A DNA stretch of 64,000 nt, taken from Octopus sinensis (lineage: Eukaryota). A program made the translations under genes and the position numbers. Under the pieces are notes generated by a model. It was not told the origin of the DNA. It saw only the letters and a program-made list of their open reading frames with translations, and searched no databases. Numbering within the stretch: the stretch's first letter is position 1; each line of letters opens with the position of its first letter. This document shows positions 63,817 to 64,000 of the stretch, one piece after another. Location: NCBI RefSeq assembly GCF_006345805.1, contig NC_043007.1, positions 74,896,001 to 74,960,000 of the forward strand. The letters run 5' to 3'.

Positions 63817-64000
63817 GTATAGATATTATTTTATTTGTTCTGTAATATTATGAATGCTTTGGTTCTGAAACATTCAATTAGTTTATAATTTCAGTGATGT
63901 TGTTTGAAGTGGCATTTGATATCAAAGACAAAAATTATATTCCATCAATTTGGGTTCAGTTCCACAGAGAGAGATGTTTGGTAATGTGCATGTGTGTGTG

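Overview
Eukaryotic, AT-rich, repeat-dense DNA. The SINE/LINE/microsatellite landscape looks like an octopod cephalopod (inference, not verified). The window lies inside one large + strand gene, a ryanodine receptor (RyR), partial at both ends. I traced 27 GT-AG exons from 1455 to 63816 (3898 nt, 1299 codons + 1 nt) with consistent splice phases at every junction. They encode the RY1&2 repeat, SPRY2, a long low-complexity linker, SPRY3 and the junctional solenoid. The most notable signal is in the 27.6-kb intron (16735-44304) at the SPRY2-SPRY3 linker (vertebrate divergent region 2 position): two frame-preserving phase-1 cassette exon candidates (27307-27414, preceded by three RBFOX-type GCATG motifs, and 38103-38159), plus a weak 9-nt microexon candidate. 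The introns also hold Penelope-like GIY-YIG remnants (one followed by a decayed hammerhead-like fold) and restriction-like-endonuclease LINEs sitting in different microsatellites. There are also Helitron, mariner, pogo, hAT and piggyBac-like elements, long hairpins, a perfect 69-bp inverted templated copy and a 105-bp higher-order tandem array. No CRISPR, rRNA or genuine tRNA gene is supported. All alignments and folds were done by eye.
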